In this document: positions 19,910 to 30,134 of the stretch, in pieces | Layout of the letters: every line of letters starts with the position of its first letter | How positions within the stretch are numbered: position 1 is the first letter of the stretch | DNA from: Promethearchaeota archaeon | GTDB lineage: Archaea; Asgardarchaeota; Lokiarchaeia; Sigyniarchaeales; SOKP01 | Assembly (NCBI GenBank): GCA_019058295.1 | Contig: JAHPZI010000016.1 | Coordinates: 1-39,193 of the forward strand | Direction of reading: 5' to 3' | DNA length: 39,193 nt | Made by a program: the position numbers and the translations under genes | Notes under the pieces: generated by a model | The model's database searches: none | Seen by the model: only the letters and a program-made list of their open reading frames with translations | Told to the model about the DNA's origin: nothing

Positions 19910-20701
19910 TTAAGATTTCATTTTTAATGATGTTTGAACATTAGAATTTGAAATACGACCATTTTTAATACCAATGAGCTCTAATAATTCTGTTATTGAA
20001 TTAACCAATAAATCTGGCTGGAAATCAGCTAAGACTTCTTTTTTACTAATCCCGCTTGCTATACCTACGGTACACAATCCTGCTTCTTTACCCGCTTCAA
20101 TATCAGTTGGCATATCTCCAAATAATAACCACTCTGATCCTTTAATTTTTTTATACTTCTCTAAAACAGGGAGAAACGCGTCTGGGTGTGGTTTTAGAGC
20201 TGGAAGTTTATCGGCCCCATAAACTTCTTCAAAATATTTTTCAAGACCCTCCTTTTCTATTGATTCTATAACACTTCTTGTTTGATTGTGAGATACAATA
20301 AAAAGAACACACTCTTTTTTAAGAAAAGAAATTAGTTCTTTTGAGCCAGGAAATATCGATGCTTCTTTTGAATATTCCTGGTATTTTCCAAAGATTTTCA
20401 TTGCAATACGCAATTTTTTGAGATATCTTAAATGGCTCAAACTAGATATGGCCTTGAAAATTTCATATGATTGTAGTAGTATTTTAGGTATAGGATATCC
20501 TTGGATTGATTCCAATGTAGTTCCGATTTCTTGTATTGTAAGGTCCATGTCTGCTTGGATGTTCTTTTCAGTATAAACCTCTTCAATTGATCTTTTTAGT
20601 GGATCCATAACATCCAACAGTGTGCCATCAAAATCAAAAATTACACCACGAAACGCGCGTTCTCGTAATTTTTTAATTATTTTTTGGTCATTCATTTTCA
20701 A
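19910..20701 (-). CDS. HAD-superfamily phosphatase
   Basis: IFDFDGTL, KPHP, GDMPTDIEAG; start may be ATG 20695. Confidence 0.9.
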   Translation of the reverse strand: MKMNDQKIIKKLRERAFRGVIFDFDGTLLDVMDPLKRSIEEVYTEKNIQADMDLTIQEIGTTLESIQGYPIPKILLQSYEIFKAISSLSHLRYLKKLRIAMKIFGKYQEYSKEASIFPGSKELISFLKKECVLFIVSHNQTRSVIESIEKEGLEKYFEEVYGADKLPALKPHPDAFLPVLEKYKKIKGSEWLLFGDMPTDIEAGKEAGLCTVGIASGISKKEVLADFQPDLLVNSITELLELIGIKNGRISNSNVQTSLKMKS

Positions 20702-20987
20702 ATCTAAGAATGTTCTACCACTCTATAACAAGATATATCTTTTAATCAAATATGTATTTATACAATAAATTATATTTTTATTTTTAAACATAATCACCTA
20801 TTTCATACTTTCGGAAGTATTAAACTTTTAATAATTGTATTAAAATTTTTGTAAAAAATTAATAACAGAAAATTGCACTGGTAATTTCAGTAGAGAAAAG
20901 TACAGAATTATCGTTTCAATATATTAAAATCTTAGATCTCATTTTCAAAACACGATAAACAAATTCTACATAAATAAAAGGTGCTTT

Positions 20988-22406
20988 ATAATAACAAATG
21001 AGTCAAAATTTTCTATAAATCGTCACTTTTGGTCATTGTTCCTCTTGGGTGGTTTTCAAAGTTTAGCTTTTGGAGGATTAATTGTTCTTGTTGTACCATT
21101 ATCATTTATAATATGGCCCAATGATCCATATCATGCGCTAGATATGGGAATTTTGATTACTGTATTATTTTGGGTATCGGCAGCGGCAGGGATTTTTTTT
21201 GGATTCTATATCGATAAATTTAGAAGAACTAAGATAATTTTTGCAATTTCGATTTTTAGAGGAATTAGTATGTTCTTGATTGGATTTGTGGATGAGGGAA
21301 AAGGTATGGAAACATGGTGGTATTTTTTATTATATATCATCATTTTTGCCTTTTTTACAGGAGGGTCCTGGCCTTCTATTGTTTCTCTCTCAAACGATAT
21401 CGTTCCAAAAGATTATCGTTCCCGATTTTTTGGAATAATGGGGATTATAATGGGGTCCTTTACTACATTTGGGTTTTTAATAGCTTCTGCTTTTGTTCAA
21501 TATGGATATTGGAGGCTTTATTTCTGGTGGATTGGGTTATCAATTCTCGTTGCTGGTTTTATATTTTTTATTCACATTAAAGAGCCAAAAAGAGGGAGCC
21601 AAGAAGAACAACTTAATGAGCTTCTTAAAGATGATTCCATTGAATATGATTTCCAAATTGATCTTGAAACGATGAAAAAAACCATGTTAAGTAAAACTAA
21701 TATTGTTGCGCTAATTGAAGGTATTTCATCGAATATTCTAATGGGTAGTCTATATTTACTAGTTTTACCTTTCATACAAACTGAACCCCATAACCTTTCT
21801 CCCGTTTTTACCGGTCTTTTTTTAATTGTATTTGGTTTTACTGGGGGATTTATTGGGCAATTATTTCTTGCTAGATTCTCGGATAAAGTTGCTAAAACCC
21901 ATCCCATTAGTAGAATCTATTTTATAATTATAGCTCTTAGTGTAAGTGTTATTGCTTTTGTTCTTCTGTTTTTTATTCCATTGCCACATTTAACAATAGA
22001 ACAAGGTCGGGATATTCCATATTTATTCTCGATACCAATGATATGGATCTGGGGGGCGTTATTTTTTACTTCTAGCATAATATCTTCACTATATATGGTT
22101 AATCAAGCTCCTCTTCTCCAAGATATAAACCTTCCTGAAGCCCAAGGGAAAATTACTTCCTGGAATCAACTTGTAGAAAATATCGGTTTTGGCGCAGGAC
22201 CTTTGATTGTCGGAATTATTTTAACTGTGACTAGTTTAGATTATCAATTAACCGTTGTAGTAGTTTCTCTTTTAATAATTCCAGGAATACTGTTGTGGTT
22301 TTTAGCTTTAAGATGGTATGGTGAAGATAAGAATGCAATTAAAAAAATTTTAGATGAGCGAGCTGAAATTTTAAGAAAAAACAAATCTACTCAATTGTCC
22401 CCATAG
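20988..22406 (+). CDS. MFS transporter
   Basis: 12 TM, GFYIDKFRR motif A; frame extends upstream of TTG 21036 to an ATA at 20988 preceded by AAAAGGTG. Confidence 0.88.
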   Translation: MITNESKFSINRHFWSLFLLGGFQSLAFGGLIVLVVPLSFIIWPNDPYHALDMGILITVLFWVSAAAGIFFGFYIDKFRRTKIIFAISIFRGISMFLIGFVDEGKGMETWWYFLLYIIIFAFFTGGSWPSIVSLSNDIVPKDYRSRFFGIMGIIMGSFTTFGFLIASAFVQYGYWRLYFWWIGLSILVAGFIFFIHIKEPKRGSQEEQLNELLKDDSIEYDFQIDLETMKKTMLSKTNIVALIEGISSNILMGSLYLLVLPFIQTEPHNLSPVFTGLFLIVFGFTGGFIGQLFLARFSDKVAKTHPISRIYFIIIALSVSVIAFVLLFFIPLPHLTIEQGRDIPYLFSIPMIWIWGALFFTSSIISSLYMVNQAPLLQDINLPEAQGKITSWNQLVENIGFGAGPLIVGIILTVTSLDYQLTVVVVSLLIIPGILLWFLALRWYGEDKNAIKKILDERAEILRKNKSTQLSP

Positions 22407-22465
22407 CTTTTTATCTAATTAAATTAACGCTAATGACCTAAAAATAATAAGGAAAAAAAAACCTT

Positions 22466-22759
22466 TTAAATGTCTAACATTCTGAGTCGTTGGGAAATAC
22501 TTCTTCTCTTTAAAATTTTAACGAAATTGTCTTGTCTTTGTTTTAGACTATTCAAAAACTGGTCCAGCTTATCAAAATTATTGAAAAATTGTTCTGTCCC
22601 ATCTACAATAATTTTGACTCCTTTTTTTTCACCTTTTTGAATAATTGCATAAACTCCTCCCAATTCATCATGCTTAATAAATACTTTTTCTGAGTTTGGA
22701 TTCTTTTCATTACCCTTCTTGGCCCAAAAATTATTTTTTAGTAAAAAACTCCTGTACAT
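22466..22759 (-). CDS. Hypothetical protein
   Basis: ORF with GGTGGTG RBS upstream of ATG 22759. Confidence 0.65.
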   Translation of the reverse strand: MYRSFLLKNNFWAKKGNEKNPNSEKVFIKHDELGGVYAIIQKGEKKGVKIIVDGTEQFFNNFDKLDQFLNSLKQRQDNFVKILKRRSISQRLRMLDI

Positions 22760-23200
22760 CGAAATAGCAAACACCACCTTTTTTTTATTTTTATATATTT
22801 TCTGAGAGTCATCTTGATATATTCAATTATGACCCTTGCAGTAAGATCTAAGTAATACAAATAAATTTCATAATATAGAATAGTGTATTATCCAGATTAC
22901 ACAATACAAATTTAATAATTCCACACACACAAATTTATTCATATTACTCTGCCTTATCATAATCTAAAAAACGCAGATTTTATTTATAAATAACAAAGTA
23001 AAATTGTTTTAAGTTAATACTACAAATAATTTACTTGGGGTCAATTTCCATTGCTTTATATTACTCAAAAAAAAATTCTTTTTTCGTAATAAAAGAACAA
23101 AATAAGTTTTTTTAATATCTCTTTTATAGTTTTGTATAATATAATTTTATTATAGACAAATCCTTAAGAGTAGATGCGTTAAGGGTTATAAGGTATTTTT

Positions 23201-23494
23201 ATGGATTGGGAAACTAAGCTTTATTCTGATATTATGGAACAAGCATTTGATGTTTTAAATGATTATAACGATAGATTTATTTGGAAGTGCCATATAATTA
23301 TAGATCTAATGGATATTTTAAAAGAATCGGTAAATGAATCTATTAAATTAGTCATTACAAATGCCCTAATTTTATTATTATCTATATTTGAAGATTTTTA
23401 TATCGACTCTCTTGATTCAAAGAGTGTAGAATTTGATGAAATCTCAAACATAGAAAAGGATCTCCTAATTAATATTTTAAAATCAGAGGTTTAA
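23201..23494 (+). CDS. Hypothetical acidic helical protein
   Basis: 97-aa ORF, AAGGT RBS. Confidence 0.65.
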   Translation: MDWETKLYSDIMEQAFDVLNDYNDRFIWKCHIIIDLMDILKESVNESIKLVITNALILLLSIFEDFYIDSLDSKSVEFDEISNIEKDLLINILKSEV

Positions 23495-23550
23495 ATTTAA
23501 ATTACACATTTCGGAAAAAAAGAAAAGTCGAAATTATAAAAATTAGAGAG

Positions 23551-23712
23551 ATGATGATGAGTACTGGGATAAGTTTAGATGAAGATCTTGAATTAAAATG
23601 CGCTTTTTTCGATAAATGCTCTTTACCAAAACTAGATTCATTATGCTATAAATCTCCTGATTTTTTGATCTGTCCTGAATATAAAAAGAGGAAAGAACAA
23701 CTAACTAAATAA
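23551..23712 (+). CDS. Small four-Cys protein (below ORF-track cutoff)
   Basis: MMMSTGISLDEDLELKCAFFDKCSLPKLDSLCYKSPDFLICPEYKKRKEQLTK; GAGAG upstream. Confidence 0.6.
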   Translation: MMMSTGISLDEDLELKCAFFDKCSLPKLDSLCYKSPDFLICPEYKKRKEQLTK

Positions 23713-23764
23713 TTCAATACAAAAATTAACTATTTCTTTTTAAAATTAAATCAGTATTATTCAT

Positions 23765-24520
23765 TTAAACGATTTTTGTGGAATAAAATAAAATATCATG
23801 CTTTGTTTTTTTAGTCTTGTTTAGATTTTTAAATATTAAACCTAATAATATAAAAAGAGATAGCATTAATCCGAAAAATAATAAAATCGCGAAAATATAA
23901 ACGAATATAATAGATATAGAATATACCTTTAATACTTCAAATAATAAACCAACTAAAAAAGGTATAGGAATCATTAAAACAATAATTGTGAGAGCATTAG
24001 TCATTCTTCTAATCTTAGATAGAATTGCTTTATATGGAGTAAGATCCCCTGTAAATTTACGAGAATTACTTTCATTTAGCTTAAGAAACTCATTACTCCA
24101 CTCATCATTTTTTGCATATATTACCGATTCAAACTTAAAATATTCCAACTGAATATGTAGACTAATTATATTATAAAATCTTCCATAAACATTGCTAAAA
24201 CAATATGCAAATACTATAAGTAATAAAAATGGCCACCAAATTTGTAAAATCGATAAAAAAATAGATAAAATAATTATCAATCCAATTATTAATAGACAAG
24301 GTTTTATTGATGGTTCCTCTTTCAATTTGGAATGTTTTAAACATACCCATGCTTTAAAGAATCTTTTATGATTTACATTATAAACATCGATTTTATTCGT
24401 AACTTCTTTTTCACCACATATAGGGCAGACCTTAGGAGGCTTTATATTAATTTCTTTATTCAATTCATCTTTAAAATCATTTTTAATAAATACAACATTA
24501 TAATCAGATAAATCTTTCAT
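23765..24520 (-). CDS. Membrane protein with N-terminal Zn-finger
   Basis: CPICG...CLKH, 4 TM. Confidence 0.7.
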   Translation of the reverse strand: MKDLSDYNVVFIKNDFKDELNKEINIKPPKVCPICGEKEVTNKIDVYNVNHKRFFKAWVCLKHSKLKEEPSIKPCLLIIGLIIILSIFLSILQIWWPFLLLIVFAYCFSNVYGRFYNIISLHIQLEYFKFESVIYAKNDEWSNEFLKLNESNSRKFTGDLTPYKAILSKIRRMTNALTIIVLMIPIPFLVGLLFEVLKVYSISIIFVYIFAILLFFGLMLSLFILLGLIFKNLNKTKKTKHDILFYSTKIV

Positions 24521-24570
24521 AAATTTTCCTTTTTTATACAGTGAAAATATTTATTTAAGCTAAAACTCAT

Positions 24571-24942
24571 TTAAAAGTTCAATTCTAATAAAAATTCAAT
24601 AAAATTTAAATCAGTATTACAATTTGGACATGTTTCGGCTTTTTTCATTTCACTAATATCAGCTCCGCATTTATAACAGTATTTTTGAAATGCCCTAAAA
24701 TGGTTTATATTGCTTTTTATATGATTTATTGCCATATTATACATAAAAAATAAAATAAAAGGAGCTCCTGCTAAAAAAATACTAAATCCTAAAATAAAAG
24801 CAACTCTCCAGGTTCCATTTGATTCAAAAAGTTCTGGTGAGAAGATTAATAATATAACAACTAAAATAATGTAACTGATATAAGTAAATATAATTTCAAT
24901 TAAAGTTATTATTTTTATATGTTTTATTTTCATTTTATTCAC
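24571..24942 (-). CDS. Two-TM protein with C-terminal zinc ribbon
   Basis: CYKCG...CPNC. Confidence 0.75.
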   Translation of the reverse strand: MNKMKIKHIKIITLIEIIFTYISYIILVVILLIFSPELFESNGTWRVAFILGFSIFLAGAPFILFFMYNMAINHIKSNINHFRAFQKYCYKCGADISEMKKAETCPNCNTDLNFIEFLLELNF

Positions 24943-25057
24943 AATTCTTCTTAGATTTTAAATATATATATTAATTAAATCTTCAAATTTATTTAACCAA
25001 TACAAAAAATTTTTGGAAAAAAAGCATTTTCTTAACTTTCATTTAAAAAACACTCTT

Positions 25058-28000
25058 TTAATCTCTAATTTTAAAAAGTTCAATAGTTTTAATAATAACT
25101 GGACCAATTAAACCCGATGGCATGAATTCCTTTCTGTTTTTATGATTTTTCCAGTTTTTACCCCCTTTTTCACCATAGCCATTTAACCGATTTCTAAGCG
25201 TTGGAGTTATCTCAATTTCTATTTTATTTTCACCACTTTTTATATAAGGTGTTATATCAATTTCATACGGATATACTAACAATGGATCTGTGAGGGAATT
25301 ATTAATACTTACTACAGCGACATCATGAACTCTTCCAAGGGAGAGAATAAATTTTAGGTTATTTTGGATGCTATTTTCTTCTATAGTAAATTTTGTGGTA
25401 TAAATACCTTTACTAGAACAATATTTTAATTCAGGAATTTCTCGCCAGTCTTTTAATTCTTCTAAATTCTTTTCAATTGATGAAATATTTCCCAAGTGGT
25501 CTCTAATGTTAGTTTTTAAATGCCATTTGTTTAATGGAATAGATATTAAATAGTCCTCATTGATTTCCATTACTTTTTCATCACCATTACTTAATTTTAC
25601 ACTAAATTTTCCAGGAGTATCACCATAGCATACAAGCTCACCATTAATCCTCTCAGATCTTAACTGACTTTCGATAATATGTAGTTTTTCTTCTGTTTTT
25701 TTGAATTCTATGATTATTGATCCATAGGCGTTAAACCATAAATCCATTTCTATAGAATTCTCCTCCTTTTTGTATTGTGCGGCTTGACATATTCTTCCAC
25801 TCCAAGGATCTAAAATGAATGGGATTTTATCTGAAGCGGAAAATCTAATATTTACCTTTTTTGGCTTGTTATGAGAGTGTCTTAAGAAATAATAGTCTGC
25901 TTCTTCACTTCTTTTAAGAATATAATAAATAGTTGGGTGTTCTTGATTATATATTAATTCGGGATTTATTTTTAGCTTCTGGATTAAAAATTGGGAGATA
26001 TTTTGATTCCTTTCAATCAAAAATGCTTTTTTATTTTCAATTAAATCATTTATAATCTTTTTAATTTCTTTGTCATTCTTCTCGAAATTTAAAAAACCTG
26101 GTTGCTCATCTGGTAATGTACCTAGGAAAATGATAGGAATTCCCGAGTTATTTATTTCTTTTAATTTTCGTGCAATATCTAATGAAATTTTTTCTATGTT
26201 TGGGAATATTAAAATGTCAAATTCTCCACATCCCACAATGAGTTTATTACTTGCAATTCTGTTACTTGCAATTCTGTTACTTGCAACTCTGCCATTTAAA
26301 ACACTTTCTTCGTTAATATGAGTATAAAAAAATCCATTAGAACTTAAATTATCAGTTAATTCTAATAATTGTAATGTCCATTTATCATCAGGATCCCGTT
26401 TTTTCTTTTTACTTGAAAGAGGAGCGGTTTCTGTTAGAGGAGCATCAAACTCATCTAAATAACCAGCCATTAATTCCTCCGTTTTTAAAGATGAATCACA
26501 ATAATTAAAAGCTGAATAATAAATCGCTATATTAGATACTGGTTTTCCGTGCTGTAATACATATTGACATCTTGTTATATATTTATTCATGATTGGAAAA
26601 AAATCCCAAAACGGATTCATTCTGCTAAAATTAGATGAAAAATTCGCTATCTGTGGAAGATATGGTGTGGAAAATCCACAAAATCCAGGATAAGGGAACT
26701 GCTTATTTTGATATGGAAATCCATGATATATCATTTGATTTATTCCAGAAATAAATAATCTATCCGCAGCAACCTTCCATTTAAGGGGTGTTGTCATATA
26801 ATCTCTCTGATTCCAAACAATTGATTCAGCAGTAACTATAGGTTTATTGTAGAGAATAGCAGCTGAACCCGCAAATTTTAAAAAATCAATTCCACCTCCC
26901 GCATATAAATTTTCGGTTTCAGGAATATGCGCAATACCATATGTTTTTAATGTGTCTGCTCTAATCCCATAGGCTTGTATCCGATTTTTTAATTTATTAT
27001 TTTCGTCCCAAATTGTCATAGTCTTCACAAACTCTTCTGAAAAAAGATCGGAAATTGTTTTTTCATAATCATATCTAATTTTTTCTCCGATAGTACCTTG
27101 AAAATCAAACAAGGGCATATTTCCACCAAAAAATGCATGGAGATATTTATTATCTCTATAAGGAGCAAAACAGATTGGTAAAAATGGTCTAAGATTATAG
27201 CCTCGTCTTTTTTCAAATTTATTTAGAAGATCTTCAGTCCATAACCAACTAGAAGCTAATTCAAGGCTATCCGTGAAAATTGCTCGAAGTGTTGTGCCGA
27301 AATGATTTTCAAAATACTTTTTGCCCTCTCCAAGATGTAAATCCAAATGTTTTTTAATTGCTTTGGATGAAAGATGATCTAATACTAAACTTCCCTTTTC
27401 TGGTTCTGAACGACTATCTACTAACGGATGTACTCCTGAAGGGCCACTATAAAAAGAGAGAATTTGCCAAATTCCCTCAGGAATGTTCCAATTTAAATAT
27501 AGATCATCATTAACTTTATCAGTTAAATCTATAATCGAATCTTTATCAATGTAGGTGGTTTTAAATTTACTAAATGCAATTTTTCCAGGTTTTTCAGGTT
27601 TAAATGCAACTACAGCTTCTAATTTAATTCCCTCATCAATATCCTCAATAATACCTAGACCCATTTTTGGTGGCCTAATATACTCTGGAATTTTATCAGA
27701 ATATTCTAATGGTCCTTCAATAGTTTGCTCACCTACCATTAATACTTTCATGGAATCTTCGGGTGAAATATGAGTCCCTCCAGCGGGCCAAGAAGAACTA
27801 ATGGTTAAATCCATTATCATTCCTCGCTTGGATGCTTCGTCTAAAACTGCTTTTACCATTTCATAATAATAAGGTTGCATAAATCTATGGGAACGAGCAG
27901 CTCTCTCCTTATCCTTCTTTTCTAAATCCATAGGTGAACCAATCATAAAAACTTGGATTTCAGCACCTAAAAATCCCGCTTCGTCTAACTCTTTAACTTC

Positions 28001-28120
28001 TTCTATTAATTCGTCTTTATCAACATCTAATCCAGTCCACCACCATCGTACAAGAGGACGAGCATCATTCGGAGGGCCCTTAAATTCAGACCAATCAACA
28101 TCTTTTAAATTGAAAGACAT
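25058..28120 (-). CDS. Glycoside hydrolase family 106 (alpha-L-rhamnosidase-like)
   Basis: ARPLVRWWW, WPAGG, FTDSLE, FEKRRGYNL, IPETE, GINQMIYHG, LSLGRVHDVA, PSGLIGPV; ATG 28120 avoids overlap with the upstream gene. Confidence 0.85.
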   Translation of the reverse strand: MSFNLKDVDWSEFKGPPNDARPLVRWWWTGLDVDKDELIEEVKELDEAGFLGAEIQVFMIGSPMDLEKKDKERAARSHRFMQPYYYEMVKAVLDEASKRGMIMDLTISSSWPAGGTHISPEDSMKVLMVGEQTIEGPLEYSDKIPEYIRPPKMGLGIIEDIDEGIKLEAVVAFKPEKPGKIAFSKFKTTYIDKDSIIDLTDKVNDDLYLNWNIPEGIWQILSFYSGPSGVHPLVDSRSEPEKGSLVLDHLSSKAIKKHLDLHLGEGKKYFENHFGTTLRAIFTDSLELASSWLWTEDLLNKFEKRRGYNLRPFLPICFAPYRDNKYLHAFFGGNMPLFDFQGTIGEKIRYDYEKTISDLFSEEFVKTMTIWDENNKLKNRIQAYGIRADTLKTYGIAHIPETENLYAGGGIDFLKFAGSAAILYNKPIVTAESIVWNQRDYMTTPLKWKVAADRLFISGINQMIYHGFPYQNKQFPYPGFCGFSTPYLPQIANFSSNFSRMNPFWDFFPIMNKYITRCQYVLQHGKPVSNIAIYYSAFNYCDSSLKTEELMAGYLDEFDAPLTETAPLSSKKKKRDPDDKWTLQLLELTDNLSSNGFFYTHINEESVLNGRVASNRIASNRIASNKLIVGCGEFDILIFPNIEKISLDIARKLKEINNSGIPIIFLGTLPDEQPGFLNFEKNDKEIKKIINDLIENKKAFLIERNQNISQFLIQKLKINPELIYNQEHPTIYYILKRSEEADYYFLRHSHNKPKKVNIRFSASDKIPFILDPWSGRICQAAQYKKEENSIEMDLWFNAYGSIIIEFKKTEEKLHIIESQLRSERINGELVCYGDTPGKFSVKLSNGDEKVMEINEDYLISIPLNKWHLKTNIRDHLGNISSIEKNLEELKDWREIPELKYCSSKGIYTTKFTIEENSIQNNLKFILSLGRVHDVAVVSINNSLTDPLLVYPYEIDITPYIKSGENKIEIEITPTLRNRLNGYGEKGGKNWKNHKNRKEFMPSGLIGPVIIKTIELFKIRD
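26247..26291. repeat. 15-bp in-frame tandem repeat x3 (RVASN-RIASN-RIASN)
   Basis: ttacttgcaattctg x2 plus ttacttgcaactctg. Confidence 0.9.
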
Positions 28121-28133
28121 GTGAGGTTCACGA

Positions 28134-28640
28134 TTATTTAAAATTCTTTTCAAAGTTCCAAACAGAATCTTGAATTGTATGTAGATTTTTAACTACTTTT
28201 CCAGAAGTTTTTGCCTCCATTTCTTTCGCATTAAAAAGGGCTTTACCTACAGCTAAAGGCCTTTTATGATTCTCATCAACTATTTGCATAATATCTCCCT
28301 TTTTGATGGAAGCATCAATTTCTGTAATACCAGGACGCATAATATCAGCTCCATTTGTTACAAATCTAATTGCGCCTTTATCTACGACGATAGTTTTTAA
28401 ATCAACCTTTTTATCTAATAATAAGGTTAAAACCGGAATATATCCCTCCTTTGATTTCCAAAGCTTTAGTTCATTATTAACAGCATATAATGTATCCCCT
28501 GCTTCAGTATTGATTACTTCAACAGTACATTTACCGGGGAAAATTTGGTTTATGAATTTTTCGTCGTATTGTTTCAGAATTACTTCCTTAAGTTTCTTAA
28601 TTTCTGTGTGTTTGATAAAATGCCTATTTCTTATATTCAT
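28134..28640 (-). CDS. PUA-domain RNA-binding protein (archaeal MCT-1/Tma20-like)
   Basis: VVDKGAIRFVTNGADIMRPGI, PLAVG, GKVVKNLH..D.VW. Confidence 0.9.
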   Translation of the reverse strand: MNIRNRHFIKHTEIKKLKEVILKQYDEKFINQIFPGKCTVEVINTEAGDTLYAVNNELKLWKSKEGYIPVLTLLLDKKVDLKTIVVDKGAIRFVTNGADIMRPGITEIDASIKKGDIMQIVDENHKRPLAVGKALFNAKEMEAKTSGKVVKNLHTIQDSVWNFEKNFK

Positions 28641-28793
28641 TTGTCAAAAAATAATAAAATTTAATATAATAAAAACCTATTAGCTTTTTATAACCAGACT
28701 CTAAAAAATAAATATCTATATAAGTTTATAATTTATTATAGATTAAAAAAAAACAAAATCTTTTAGTATATTATAAAAGGAGGTTTCCCCTTT

Positions 28794-29363
28794 ATGAGTG
28801 AAAATAACGATAAAATTGTGTTTCAAGGTCAAACTGAGACAATTTATAAGATAATCGTAATTGGTGACCCCTCTGTTGGTAAAACGAGTCTATTAAGCAA
28901 ATTCTCAACGAATCTCTTCCCAGAGCAGTACCTGCCAACGGTAGGTGTAAACATAGTTAAGGAGCGATTAGAAACCACTATTAATAACGAGGATATAATT
29001 GTTAATTTAATGATGTGGGACGTAGCTGGTCAGCCACAATTCTATATGCTACATAAACCCTATTTCAATGGAGCTGATGGTATAATTTTAGTTTTTGACA
29101 TTACGAGGAGTTCTAGCTTTTCCAATGTAAAAAATTGGTGGAATACGTGCATAAAACATGGGCTTAGTTCAATCCCTCGTGTTTTAATCGGTAATAAGGT
29201 TGATTTAAAAGACGACCGGAAGATAGTACAGCCCCACGCGAACCATTTAAGTGAAGAATTAAACGCTGAGTATTTCGAGACTTCAGCAAAAACAGGTGAT
29301 AATGTAAAATTAATCTTTGAAACTATTGCAAAGAAAGTATTTCATTCAAAATCAAAAAAATGA
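28794..29363 (+). CDS. Rab-like small GTPase
   Basis: GDPSVGKTS, YLPTVG, WDVAGQ, GNKVD, ETSAK; AGGAGG RBS. Confidence 0.93.
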   Translation: MSENNDKIVFQGQTETIYKIIVIGDPSVGKTSLLSKFSTNLFPEQYLPTVGVNIVKERLETTINNEDIIVNLMMWDVAGQPQFYMLHKPYFNGADGIILVFDITRSSSFSNVKNWWNTCIKHGLSSIPRVLIGNKVDLKDDRKIVQPHANHLSEELNAEYFETSAKTGDNVKLIFETIAKKVFHSKSKK

Positions 29364-29433
29364 TTGGGTGGCCTTGTCTAATATTTTTGCTAGGGCTAAT
29401 TCTATAAAAATTTTTTTCAAATTCTCCTTTTAA

Positions 29434-30021
29434 TTATAACCTATTTATCCAGAACCCGATTTTTTCCTTAATGTTATTTTTTAAATTCTCTGTTAATGTA
29501 TTTTTGTCATTTAGTAAATTTATTACCTGTGAAATCTCGTAAGGGATTTTACTTCCACCTATAGATGTAAAAATTTTATGTTTAATAGATTCCAGATATG
29601 TTTTAATCAATTGAATATCTTCCATATTATCCATTTCAAACATAAATTCTGATAATTGATTTGAAATTGACTGTTTGATTTCTGTAATTGAGATATCTCT
29701 TTCAATAATTTCACTTTTTTCATGAGTTATATTACTTTGAATTAAAGATTTTATTAGTTCAAGTTCCATTTCTAAAGTATTTTGATTATCGATGATTTTA
29801 ATTAATTGAGGAGTAAGTCCCTTAATTTCAATCGTAGCTTTGTCTAAATCTTCAATTTTATCAGACAGGTACTTTATTGTGTGCGTAGTTTTCCCAAATT
29901 TAGTTATAAGATCTAAACCAAATTTCTGAAGTATTTTTGAAAGTTCATCCATTTTTTTATCTATCTTTTCTAATACTATTTTAACACTCTCCTCTTGTTT
30001 TCGATTATCTGAGTTTGACAT
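29434..30021 (-). CDS. Coiled-coil hypothetical protein
   Basis: Heptad-rich N-half, helical C-domain; AGGAG RBS. Confidence 0.7.
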   Translation of the reverse strand: MSNSDNRKQEESVKIVLEKIDKKMDELSKILQKFGLDLITKFGKTTHTIKYLSDKIEDLDKATIEIKGLTPQLIKIIDNQNTLEMELELIKSLIQSNITHEKSEIIERDISITEIKQSISNQLSEFMFEMDNMEDIQLIKTYLESIKHKIFTSIGGSKIPYEISQVINLLNDKNTLTENLKNNIKEKIGFWINRL

Positions 30022-30134
30022 TAATTATCTCCTAAATAAAGAATTTTTAGAATAACATATTTTTTTATTTAATTAATATATTTTTTAAATAAAAAACTTC
30101 TCAAGATTAGTAAAAAACTGATCGACTGATATTC

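Noticed and set aside
22825-23046. Imperfect inverted motif (tgaccc/ggggtca) between divergent genes
   Set aside because: Too short and degenerate to call a binding site or MITE
29434-30021. Vps28/ESCRT-I-like C-terminal bundle
   Set aside because: Only generic helical similarity, no recognisable motif
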